DNA of 63,856 nucleotides from Schmidtea nova. Taxonomy: Eukaryota. The DNA lies in the NCBI GenBank assembly GCA_044892505.1, contig CM097882.1, forward strand, positions 167,586,001 to 167,649,856. The letters are read 5' to 3'. The notes beneath the pieces were generated by a model, which was given only the letters and a program-made list of their open reading frames with translations, had not been told where the DNA came from and did no database searches. The translations under genes and the position numbers were made by a program. How positions within the stretch are numbered: position 1 is the stretch's first letter; each line of letters opens with the position of its first letter. Shown one piece after another: positions 12,501-26,600 of the stretch.

Positions 12501-15500
12501 CAAATAAAACTTCATTATAGAATATGGTGTATTCTGGTTATACGATAACTGACGGTTATTGTTATTAATAAAAATTAAAAATCAATGCCTCTTGAATTTT
12601 TTTAACTTAAATAGGCGAACGAAAAAAATCAGAGAGGGCTCATTGAGTCTCGGTTGTTCTAGAACAACCAAGTGCCGTTTAGGGTTAAGAGTACTTTTGT
12701 AAAAACATTGATTTAACGTTATTTTACAAAGAAAACAAGTGTTTTAAACGAAGACGATAAAGCATCAAGAAAAATGTCTTAGGAAAATGTTACCTTACCT
12801 TTAGCCTCAAGTATGGACGGAGAAAAGTTAAAACCACTAATGGTAATAAAATTCGAAAAACCACAATATTTTAAATTCAAAAAGTATTCTTACATGGTTA
12901 ATAAAAACTCATAGATGACCCGTGAAAATTTTAGTCCATGGTTTTTTTTCCGGGTCATCCTATAGTATAGCCTGTTTAATTTTTCACTTTCGGGAGATAA
13001 ATTTCAAAGATAGGAAACTTATACGTAAGATAGATTTTTACGTTCAACAGTATGGATAATTCTGATTTTGGTAAAAGGAATATTTGAATATTATTTTTAT
13101 TATTTATAATAAGTTTTCAATTCATCGACATTTTTTTTAAACATCTTTCATCTGAATTTTACTTTCCTGGAACTTTTCAATATCTGTCTCCGATGTATTG
13201 TCAATTATTTAATTATCAAAAGTATCACGATTGTCCGTTTAGGGCTCTATAATTATATTTTATTTTCCTTCTCATTACCATTAGAAGCAGAAAGGATGAT
13301 TTCATTTTCATAAGCATTATCATTTATTATCTTTACCCATTTGTTCCGAAACTTATTGTTCAATATAAAAACCATTTTTGTATAGTTTTTATAAAAAATG
13401 AAAATTTTTGAAAAAGAAAGAGTTCAAAAATGTGAACAAAATATGACGTAAATGATATTTTTTGTGAATTTAATACGTGATTTTGTTAAAAAGTGAACTT
13501 TTTTCCACGTGTTAGTTTATAAAATTTCAAATAAATAAATGAAATTTCAATAAAATTTTATTTAATTTGGTTAAAACAATTCACAAATATTTTGTCAAAA
13601 TAGTGTAAAATGATAGAGGTTGGCATTTAAAGGGTAGACAAACTTATTAATTTATCGCACAAAAAATGATTTTGAACTTACAGTTTTGTAATGCTGGTGT
13701 TGGTTACAGTTTTTTTAAAAATCTTATAAATGTTTCATGATCAATAGGGGTTCATTAAACTTTAAATATTTATAAGAAATTTTATAATTATTGATAATCT
13801 GTATTGTGAGAAACATCGATGATTAAATTGTAATCTTCTAACTAATTTAATAAGTTTATTAAATTAATTTATTAATTATAGAAATTAAATCATTATTGGT
13901 TTCCGTAAATATTAGGTTATCCGTAATGAAATGTCCGCTAAGTGGATTATAATTCAAAAGACGTACAAATATATTTAAACATTTATTATTTAATCAAAAT
14001 ATGATCCATCAACATTAATACACTTTTGCCATCGATGCGGGAGCTTTTTTATTCCTTCTTTTAAAAAGTTTCATGTCTGAATTCCAAGAAAGTGATAACT
14101 GTCGATTTTATCTCCTCCAGATCTTTGACATTCCTTCCCTTGATATAAAGACTTAAATGTCTAAATATGTGGAAATCAGCTGATGATAGATCGGGTGAGT
14201 AAGGTGGATGCGGTAAAACATCAAATTCTAAGTCGTGTAATTTTTACAGTGACTTTCGAAGCGTGAGGCCTGGCGTTATCGTGCAGGATAATTGGATCTT
14301 TTTATTAACAATTGCAAGGTGATTAATAGTGAGTTTTTCATGCATTTGTTCTAGTTCTACGCAGTATCGTTCAGAATTGATTGTTGTGCCCATTTTTAGG
14401 AAACAATAACCATACTCAGACCTCCAGACTGAGAGCATGACTTTCTTTTGGTGAAACTCCGGTTTTAGAAACTAATTTGGGCATTGATGTTTATCCAACC
14501 ATTCTCCTGACCGTTTACGATTATCATATTGAATCCATTTTTCATCGCAGGTAATAACATTATTAACCCTTTGATTAGTAAGTTTTATTTTACAATTCAA
14601 TCTCTACAGAGTGATTTTTTTTAATTATTATCAATGAAATCTTATCAATTTCATGTAAAAGTTGTGAAATATGTCTATCATTTTCAAAATATCAACAAAA
14701 AACTCAGAACTAACTAAAAAAACTAAAATTTATTTTAATAACATTTCAAAGTATGATAATCGGAAAAACAAGGATGAACGCATAAACCAACGCCACACTC
14801 TTGGCACATACATCTTGTGCTGGATCTTTTCTTCGCTCTTCTAGTGATGTGTTTACAAACATGGCATTGTCTTTGTGTCCTCGATCCCTTTTTTTGTCTG
14901 TGGGACTGGCACGTGAAAATGTCTTTCCTTCAACCAAAGTGGTTTGTCACCACTGGAAGGTCTTCCGACTCTGAGTTTTTCTTTCCGTTGCATGCTTTTC
15001 AAATATTTGCCTCGCCAGCTCTAGTCTAAACTTTGATAGATGAGGCTTCGTTCCTGTTTTCATTTGGAATAATATTTATGCATTATAAACTGCTAAATCC
15101 ATCAAATGCATAAAAAAAATTTGTATCATTTTACAGATTTTCTGGCCATCAACGAAAAACTTATGACCATATCTGCTTTGTTAACAGCTCCCATTTTCAA
15201 GTTGTAATCAACTATACAGATTGGTTTTACAATAGATTCACCGGTACTGAAATGCTTTTTTCCCGTGTCTTTTGATTCATTTTTGTGGACAGTTGTTAGC
15301 ATGTGTATATCCCTTTTATCATGCCATTTTATCACCATCATGTTCAATGTGTTTCTCATTTCAGTTTCACCCTTCTTCATTTTATTAGGGAAATTTTTAG
15401 GCATACCCTTCCTATTGCATTTTACTGTTCCGCAAGATCCTGTTTTTCTCATAAGTATGTAACTACTTAGATGAGTACTTGAGTACCAATTATCATAGTA

Positions 15501-18500
15501 AATTGTATGGCCCTTGTCTAAATATGACTCAAGTAATGTTGTTACTACAGAGCCAGAAATACCTAACCCTGTAATATTATTATTTATTTCAGTAGAAGAA
15601 CCAGTATAAATAATGAAATCAAGAATGAAACTAGTCACCACGTCACACAAAAGAAAAATTTTTATTCCAAATCTGTGTCTCTTAGAGGATATGTATTGTT
15701 CGATGTCGTGCTTGAAGAGATTAGCAAGTTTGCAATCTGTTTAATTTCTGCAATTCAGTCAATTTATATGGGACCCAATTTTGAAGCTTTTAGGCCATAC
15801 CAATTGTCTTTAAATATTCATGAACGATTCTTTTTGAAATAGAAAGATCTATAGCAAATCCTCGAACAGATTTTGTTGAATTTTGAGCAACAGCTTCACG
15901 TAAATCTTCCTCCGGCAGCGAGGCATATTTTCGAGATCAATTTCAATCATCAAATTTTTTAAACTAACGCCTAATAGTTATTTCATTAATTGTATCGAAT
16001 CCAAAAGCATTATTACTATTCCTCTTCACCTCAAATAAATTGATTTTCGATTTTTACTCATATAAATGAAGAAGTCTTAAATCATGATTTTCTAACTTGT
16101 ACATTTCTATTTGAAAATGAAATTTACAGTAATGAAATTATTATTAGCTTACTTAATATTTGAATTTGAAAAAAGAGCTTTCTAATGAACTTTAAAATAA
16201 AGAAATATGTTTTATATAAAAAAGTTATGACGATTTAAAATTATTATATATTATTCGGACATTTCATTCCGAACACTTAACAATACTTGAAACTAATTTA
16301 CATGGCAAGCTGACGATAAAAACAATTACTTCGAAGTATAGTTTAATTACTAAAAATTTGCCAACATATTTTACTTAGATTAGAATTTTTATTTGTTTGT
16401 TTTATGAACGAGTTTTCGTCATAATATTTAATTAACACATCAAATAAATAATTATTCACGCTGGTCTAGTAGTATCTGAAATAGTTAAGTTATAAACTTG
16501 CGTAAAAATTTGATATTAATACTTNNNNNNNNNNNNNNNNNNNNNNNNNNNNNNNNNNNNNNNNNNNNNNNNNNNNNNNNNNNNNNNNNNNNNNNNNNNN
16601 NNNNNNNNNNNNNNNNNNNNNNNNNNNNNNNNNNNNNNNNNNNNNNNNNNNNNNNNNNAAATAGAATTATCATTAGAAAATTGAAATCCCTGCAATATTA
16701 ATCTCCTGATACGCTCTGTTTATAACAAATGTTTATTATTACATTTATTAAATAAATATATCTCAATACTTTTCACTGATATAAAAATGTTTGTTTTTTA
16801 ATTAATTGCAGATTTAAAATTTTATGAATGAATTTTTAATGTGGTTTATTTTCAATTTGAGATACACAGACTACTAAATTCGGAAATCTTCGCGGAGTTG
16901 AGTTGAACTGAAACGTTCAAATAATTATTTGTATTTACCGTTGTGATTTGTAACTATAACCAATTCAGTTATTTAGAATCCATAAATGGTAACAGGTGTT
17001 GCAAAATTATTCATACACAAAAGAGCATAAGTTACGCGCGAGATAGCTAACAATTAATGTTATCTATTAGAATATATTAAATTATAAATAGTAAAAATGC
17101 ATATCTACTGAAAATCATGTCAACAAGCCGGGCTTCACCCGGAAAGCCGGTTTTAATGTTCCTGGTCCGGTTTTCATAAAAGTTTTGAAAAATTTAAAGC
17201 AGTAAATAAAAAATAATTATTTATTTTCATATTTGAGGGGCTAATATGTTAGTTAATGCGTGGTATGCATAGTGCAATACATGCATAGTATTTAAAACCT
17301 TTACATTTTTAATTTTATTTGCATTTATTTATATACATTTGATGTTATATCTTGTTTTCTTTGTTAATATCACATATATATATATATATATAGATAGATA
17401 GATAGTTACTTTGTGCAATTGGAAAAAGTGATTTCTAATAATAAAAACTTATTTTCATCTTCCAAGAATTGTGTTTTTTACCCAAATATCCGGGTCAACA
17501 ATTTTTCAAAGATGGTATCACTGCCTATGTTGGAAAAGGACAAAGATCAAGTGTAGTCATAAATTACGTGCATATACTATAGAAGAACAGAAAAATAAAT
17601 TATCTCACAAAGCACACATAAACAACACACAAAAATCATATAATAAAAAATACACACAAACAAATTAAATGCAAATTTTAACATTTAAAAAATGATTTTT
17701 GGAAATTTTTCAGAGAATTTGAATATTATTAACGATTTTGCGAGTTGAAGAATCTCATTGAAAGAAATAATTATCATTTAAAAAAAATTTTCACGAAAAT
17801 TAACATTTTTAAAATTAACAAAAACACTTGAAAAATCATCACATTTTTAAAAAAATCATAATTATATATTTAATTTAAAAATTAAAATACCATTATAATA
17901 TTAAAATATTGTAAATATAATCAAAACTTACTAAATTACTCCCAACTGCCCTTAATATGTGTCTCGTTTGCACGTAATAAACGGTAGCTGGTGTAGATTA
18001 GTGCCAACGGGTGTTTCAATGCAATTTTTCTCAGATTTTTGGAAAAAAATAATGAAATAATATCTTAAGTTCTATATTTTGAGTTATAATAAATTTATAT
18101 TTTCAAAGAATTTTGCAAAATTCTTTGCTAAAAGTTATTACGTTTTGCAAAGATGAGGATGTAATAGGGCATGAATTATTTTTATTTATAATTATTTTCT
18201 ATGTTCTTAGCCATTCAGATATTCATTGTACATCTATCGATTACACAACAATCGATACCTAAAATAATGTTCGAAAATCGAAAGTTGAAATAATATATAT
18301 TAAACAAGTTATTAGAGTGTGATTAGGAATTCATATATTTACAAAGCAGGACAATAAATGCTACTGACTACTTTCCTTTGGGAAGTTCACTTGAAATACC
18401 AAAATATTCGATCAAAAATATGATTTTAAAAATATAGTCGTCTATCAAAACAGTAGAAATGGTGTAAGCAAGCCTCGAAGATTAGTGTTTTACAAATAAA

Positions 18501-20593
18501 TTTTAGTTAAAAATGGTTTTAACTTACTTTGATTGTAAATAAATTCAAACTTTTTTTTAAAAAAATCATAATTTCCTAAAAAGTGATTAAAAATAAAATT
18601 GTTGAGCATAGATAATCTTTTAAAGCTTTTATAGGGATCCTATATCATTATGAGATTTAAATAAAAGCCTAAAAAGTTATCTTACTAAATCAAATTACCT
18701 GAAAGTTATTTTAAAATGGATAAAATTTTAAAATAAAATTTTAAAAACTAATTACCAATGACCTTGGATGTGTCACACTCACGTGTATTATAGCTGATGC
18801 TACTGAGTGAAACATTGTATCTAGAATTTATCTATTTGATCAAAAATACTTTGTGACACATATATTAAGTTGGAAGAAAAGTTCTGTTGTATTTTCAATN
18901 NNNNNNNNNNNNNNNNNNNNNNNNNNNNNNNNNNNNNNNNNNNNNNNNNNNNNNNNNNNNNNNNNNNNNNNNNNNNNNNNNNNNNNNNNNNNNNNNNNNN
19001 NNNNNNNNNNNNNNNNNNNNNNNNNNNNNNNNNCATTATTTTAATCCCGCTTCTATAAAAATTCTTGTTCATGGACTGAAAATACTCAGCCACTGCCTTA
19101 GAATTAAACTTTTTTTTCCATTAGATAATTTGGCAGGGACCTGAACAGGTAATAATTAGGTGGTGCAATGTCAGGTGAATATGGTGAATGACTAAGAACT
19201 TCCCATCCCAACGCAGTAAGTTTTTGTTATATCACCATTGCAGTATGTAGTCAAGCATTATCGTGGTGAAAAAAGATTTTTCTAGATGCCAACGCAGGCC
19301 TTTTTTCCTTGATAGCTGCATATAATTTATACATTTTAATAGATACATTTAAGTTTAAAGAATTTAGTTAAATAAACATTAGAAGATAATATAAAAGCAA
19401 TGTAGTATTTTTAATATTGTACTCGATAATTTTTCTCTGTTTTATAAATATAATTTGTATTTCTTTCAATACTTTCTATATCAGAAATTTTTTATTATAA
19501 AGAATAGACCAATATTTTTTTAAAGGTACAGGAAATGTATTCGATTATTTATACTTTGTATTTTTCCTAGTTTGGCATAATCAAAAAATATCGTCACGCT
19601 ACCTGAATCAAGAGTTCAAAAGAATATTTACAATTTTAAAATATTACAAACATTTTATATGATTTTTAATAGGTAATTTTTCATCCGGAGTTTATAACAT
19701 CTACGAACCCATTAATTGGAATGGACTACGAAGAATTTGCCAGAGGGTGTCATTTAGGAGTTTTTCCTTCTTATTATGAACCTTGGGGATATACTCCAGG
19801 TATTTCTCTAAACTTTAATATTCTTAATATTAAAAAATGTTTGATTTTGTAAAACATAAATAGTAATTATTTTTATTAACAGTTTGTATTGTTATGTATA
19901 TTATATTAGCTCGAACTTGTGAGATATCACGTGGTTTACTGACACAATTTAAAATATATCTCATTGATTAGGAATTATATCTTAATTATTTTAAAAAAAT
20001 ACCCAACTACCCACAAAAAAATAAAAAATTAAACTTTATTTAAATTAAATGGTAATGATTGTTTGGTACAAACTGAATCCCATTAATTTGGAAGCGAGCG
20101 GGACACAGCATGTAAAAACCGCGCAAGAAGTATGCTCAAATATCTGAGCAAACATCAAGTAAAAACAAGGCATTAGAAAACAGGAAAATATTAATTAAAA
20201 AAAAGTTAAATTTAATATGAACAAAAGTAAGAAGTAAAGACGAAAAAACACAGACAAAAAAAATTAACAAAATACTCAGAAAAGAATTAGTTATATATTA
20301 AAATTCAGCAAATTTTTTAATTGATTATCTTTATTGATAGTATAAATGTAAAAAATGTAAAAGTAAATAGTAAAAATTAAAGTAGTTTAAATTTACGTAA
20401 AAATAAAATTTATTAAAGTAATGAATAAAATTCTAAATATTAATATAAATTTATTTCAGTAAAATAAAATATTTAACTTTTAAATAAAATAAATTAAGTA
20501 AAAAGAACATTTTAGAAGCATTTGTTTTACTGAATCAATTAAATTAAATGCTCTGAAAATAGTCTAAGTAAAAATTCCATTTCAGTGTTTTTA

Positions 20594-20626
<33 letters not shown>

Positions 20627-23600
20627 TATTATTATTATTATTATTATTATCAATAATTCTCATAATGATGACTATAGATCAAAAAATTTTTTTTAAACAA
20701 TACCACAATATTTCAGCACAGCTTTTATACACACTTAATAAAGGCTGTGCCGAAATATTGTGGTATTGTTTAAAAAAAATTTTTTGTTCTAGTCATCATT
20801 ATGAGAATTATTGATAATAACAATAAAAAAGATCAAAAGTGAAAAAAAGATAATTATGATAATAATAATAATAATCTACTATAACTCTGTATGGTTTATT
20901 TATTAATGAATATTTACTAAAAATTGTTAATTACAATATTGTGTAACTAAAATATATTGCTTACATAATAAGAAAATATTGTGATCTAGTCTTACAAAAG
21001 TTAAAATCATTGAATTAAAAAAAATTGAAGATAAAAATAAAATATGATGACAAAATACATTGTATTTAAAAATTATAAGTTAAAAATGATATTTTTGTAA
21101 ATTGTAATAAATTACCGTTAAAACTCACTTTCCTGCAATTTAACAAATTAAAAATTGTTTAAGATCAAATATACAATATTCACAATATTGACATTGATTT
21201 ATAAATATTTATTTATCAATATGGCGTTACATCCATGCTTTGTTACATAGAAAATTATAATAATAGATTATAATACTGATAAATCCATTATAACGATTTA
21301 TTTAATTTCAAGTTATAAATTTTTATTGAAAATTATTTTATTTTAAAGTTTCAGAGAATTTAAAACTATTTAACTATTTTAGAGATTTGTTAAATAAGGC
21401 ATGTGTCAATTTTTGTTTATTTTAAGGTTTACATATAGAAAACAAAGAAATTTATTTAGAAATTATTTGACATCACCTTAGAAAAAATATCACAAACATG
21501 TAAGTTAACATCCCACTTATGCTATGGATACATTTAAAAAGTAAAAGGTAACGAAATGTAGTTATACATGGATTGGAACATTTAACTAAAATCTAAATTT
21601 CAAAATAACCATAATTGGTTTAGCGCCTTATTTCTTAGAAACAAATCCAAAGAATTCAGTGATGTGGGACATCAAAAGCTTTCTTTTGCTAATCAAAGAA
21701 CAATATTTTCACTCCTATGATCACCTATTTATCATAATGTGTTTTGGGAGAGGTAAAATTGTTTTCATAACCTTTGTGATGGTCATAATTGGTCATAAAT
21801 GGTCATAATTCCTAAAAATAAAGTATATAAAAACAACAAAAGCCAAATTTAATTTTAAATAAAAAATCCCAAACAATGACATGACCTTATTGATTGTGAC
21901 ATATAAACCACAAACTAAGGATAACTATTATATATTTTGTATAAAATAAGTTTCAAGGCAAATAATGTTTATCACGAACCTTTCGCTATTATAGTGTAAA
22001 ATTATTCTACTATTATTACAATACTAAAGTGACGAAGATTTCGCATGATTCCAAATTTTAAAAAAGTGATATTAATAGAAATAACCAACTGCGATTGCGG
22101 TTTAAACTTTAAATATTTACGTGCATTATTTTAGTACTTGATCTTGTACAATATTTCGGATTTCCCATTGTTATTGACGGCAATGTGTAATCTTGAGTCT
22201 TTCGCTCCGTCCCTGTGTAAAACATTCGTCCGTCAAGTCTAAATAAGGAACTTAGATGGGCTGCCTTTGTAATTCATTAATAGTGTTTGCGAATGCAAAC
22301 CGAATGGGGAATTGTAAACGTTTAAATGAAAAAGGCAAGTCATTTAGGATTAATGGAATTCTTGTTATAAAAACTTGATGTTAGATCAGTGACAATTTTT
22401 AAGAATTTTATAAATAAAATATATATTATTCTTTAATTTTAATTATTTATATAATAAATTCTCGTACATACACATATATATATATATATATGTGGTGCGC
22501 CCAATTAGTCGTGAGTCTAAAATAGAAAGACTTAAGATATCAACACAAAACTTTGTATTTAGAACAAGCATGGTAAATAGGCATCATTTCTCAAAATAAT
22601 TTCCTTCTGCACTGACACAATTTTCCCAGCGAATAACGAGGTTTTCGAAGGCGTTTTTGAAGAATTATGGAGACTTTTCTCCCATAAAACTCTCCACGGC
22701 TGCTCTTAAATCATGTTTGTTGGCAAACACCTGGCCCCGCAGATGCTTCTTAAGATGGTTAAACAGGAAAAAATCGGAGGGAGCCAAATCAGGGCTGTAT
22801 GGTGGATGGGGAAGCAAATTGAGCTCACAACGCTCAATTTTGGCCATGGAAACGCTGCTGGTGTGGATGGGAGCAGTATCGTGTAAAAAATAGAGATCAC
22901 ACACTCTGCTCTTGCGTCGTGCCTTCCTTCCTTGCTGCACGATGTTGGAGTAGTAAGAACTATTAATCTTCACGCCGGATTCAGTAAAGTCAGTCAGAAT
23001 AATGCCATTGGCGTCTCAAAACACCGTCAGCATGAGAGCCTTTCGGTGGCAAGTTGAGGACCGAATTTTCAGTAAGTTGCTTTCTCCTAGCAGTTTCCAT
23101 TCTTGAGACTCTCTTTTAGATTCAAGAACATAAAGGGACAACGGTGTCTCGTCCACAGTGATGATATTATCAATGAAACGGTCTCCAACATTGGTCTTGA
23201 TCTGCAGATTCTCCAAGCAGCATTCCAAGCATCGTTGTCGCATTTCCACCGTTAAGAAGCGTGGCACAAAACGGGAACATAGTTTTTGAATACCACTTTC
23301 AGTGAGGAGAGTATGCACAGTGCCTTTGCTCACATTTAGACGGGTTGTGAGATCTCTTGTCGTTATTTTTCTCTCGTTTTGCACGATTGTCTGCAGCTTT
23401 TGCGTTATTTTTTCATCAATTTCTAAGGGTTTTCCAGATCTTTCTTCGTCCACCACGGAGGTTCTACCACTCTGAAAGTAATTGAACTAACAATAAATTG
23501 TTGCTGTAGATGGGCACTCCTTTTGGTAAACAGCTTTCAGTTCAGAAAGAACCTCTTCTCTATTTTTTCCTTTCAGAAAGAGAAAGCGAATAACGCTACG

Positions 23601-26600
23601 GTATTGAATAGTTTCCAGAGGCATATTTCGAATGTTCGCAAAAATATACTTAAACAATAATTAATTATTTAAACAAAATACATTTTCTTTACCTATATAT
23701 GTTGAAGTTTAAATATGCCTGTATCAATTTTTTTACTATTATTATTTCTATATTAGTCTCACGACTTATTGGGTACACCACGTATATATATATAATGTAA
23801 AATAAGCAAATTTTGATGATTTCTTTACTATTTTTATTATTATACAAAACTTAAAATCAAAAAATATTTGTTTTGTATATTAAGCGGAGTGCACAGTTAT
23901 GGGTATTCCATCAGTTACTACCAATCTTTCTGGATTTGGATGCTTTATGGAAGAACATCTCGAAGACCCAAAATCTTATGGAATTTATGTCATCGATAGA
24001 CGTTTTAAGAGTGGGGAAGAGTCGATACTTCAGCTTACTGATGTAAGCATAGATTTTTTATAAGGTTGCAAATAATTATTTATAAATAATGAAATTTTAA
24101 GTTTTCAAAAATGTTAATTTTGGTATATAAAATTATAAAGTAGTTTATCTGAACTTTTCTTAAATAAAAATAAAATAAAAAACATCACTAAAATAATTCA
24201 TCCTTCGTAATTAATAAACTATTTGCAATTTCTTTTTTCTTTCTTTTTTATATAACAAAAGAGCAATATATTCAATTCAAACTGTTAGCTTGCACAATTA
24301 AATATTTAATACAGATACAACTACAGTCGAACCCGCTTAAGACGAACCTCTTGGGGAAGGGGGAAAAATTCGAATTAACCGAACTTCGTCTTAACCAAAT
24401 AATAGAGAAACGGTCACAAAAACCATTCAATTCATGCCTCTCGCAAATGCTATCATTGCTAAACATAATAATACAATTTAAAGGGTCTATTAATTAAGCT
24501 TTGACAAGTATAGTACAAACAGTTCATTCACAAACAAAATTGAAGTACAAAATACATATCAGTCATGCTTAAAATAATCAGTAATAGATGTTTGTGTAAA
24601 ATTTGCTGTACGAGGAAGACATTAAAACAATAAATGAAATTTCTGATGATTTCATAAATGATTTTGGGAGAGAAAGCTCACATGTTTGTCGTTCGGAATC
24701 GTTACTATTTTCAGTAATATCAGTAGAGTTGGAGTATTTTTGAAGGAGGCAATTAAATGATGATATTGCAGTTGACTTAGAGTCTATCGGTGATAGATTA
24801 TCCAGACAACAACTACAGGACTGATTAGCCGACGTAGTCGGCTCTATAGGTTTGGTTTGCCGAGATTGTGTAATGATTTGCGGACGTTGACTAATTAGAT
24901 ATCGACAAATTGATAAGGCAAGCTTAACAGCTTCATTGTGTAATCCATTACTGCGTAACGCTAGGACTCTGAGACATGATAATGGCAATTGCTCTGGCCA
25001 AATACGTTTGACATCATCTTTGTCACTGAGAATTTCCTGTAAATGCGGAAAATCCCAGTTCTTATTATCTGCGATCAAAGCTAATCCGTTACAAAGTAAT
25101 GATAGTGATGACCTCATTTGAACTCCATTAGACCAAGGAGGATTTAAACAATCACGAATGTAGTCATATTCAGGCCGGTAGACATACCAACAGCCTTTAT
25201 ACATTTTGGGAACACAATCTTCTGGGTGTATATAATTATCGAAACAAGTTACCCATAAAACTAGTCTAACAAATTGGCTAGGATGTTCTGGTCTAGCTAC
25301 CATCCAGTATGGTGAAACGAATGCTACTGAGTTGAAAAGAAATGCAGCAAAAGCTAGACATAGAGCTAATTTCAAATTGACAATCTTTTTTTATCTCTTT
25401 GTCAATTCTTCGCAAATCAATTTATATATTTAAAAAATTGAAATATTCAAAAAAAATGTATTTCGACTCAAAAAATACAATTTTTAAATCCTCGAGAAAA
25501 TAATAATGCCATATTAAAACACCAAATACTTATTTTTTTTAAAGTAATTCATAACACAAAATTATATCATTCAAAAATATTAAATCTCGTAATACCATAA
25601 ACAGAGAATTTAGTCCATAAGATATACAAAATTTTTAGAAAAAAATCTATGATTAAATTACATAATTTTTTTAAACTTGAATTTTCTTAGATAATTGAGC
25701 AAATATATCATGATAAGTTCGATTTTCAATATACATGATTTCAAGACCATTCTGTAGCTTCAATTATTAGTGCCTTGATTGTTTTTTGGAGTTAACTCGT
25801 CATTAAAATGAACTGTTGAAAATCTAATAGCACTGAATAAAGTGAAAGTTTGAGGCAGACCATGTTCCTTTAATATTTTGAGAAAAGCTTCAATATCGAC
25901 CTTTTAGACCACTACAACCTAGTGGACAGGTTGTTTGAGATGTTGATTTTATGTTCGGAGAATAGGGATGTTGAGAAAGAATTAATAGTATGTAAGATAA
26001 AGAAACACTAACTCTTCTGAAAAAAGTGGAGAAACAGAGAAATCAGATAAACTTTGTAAAAAGTAACATTAGAGCGGCTCATGAGGAGATGCATAGATTG
26101 GAACAGAACAAACAGAAAAAAACAATGAGAAGAAAGCAGATGAAGAGAAGGACCAGAATGCTGGTTATGTCACAAAATTGACCGTACAAAATGGTCTGTC
26201 GGCTAAAATGAAAGCTAGAGTATTAGACGTGGCACAGAAGCGGACATATAAGCAAGAAATGCCCAGATAAAAAAGCGCCAGATTCTTTGGTTGTGTGAAA
26301 AAAAAGTCATATAAGAAGATTATGTTAGGAAATACGGTGTAAAAGATGCAACAGAAATGGTCATATATTCGAAGAATGGAAGAAGATGACAGGGAATAGT
26401 GTTTACAGACAAGTGAAGGTAGTTTTAGTAAGTCGTACCCAAACAACAGGAAATATATCGAAGTTAGTGAAAAGGACAAGAACTATATTTGTAATATTCA
26501 AGCAAAATTCGGCAGATAAGTAAAGGATGGAGAACGATTCATGTGAGCCTTGGAAAATCTAAAGATTAACAAAGATAACAAATTAAAAGAAATAAAAATG

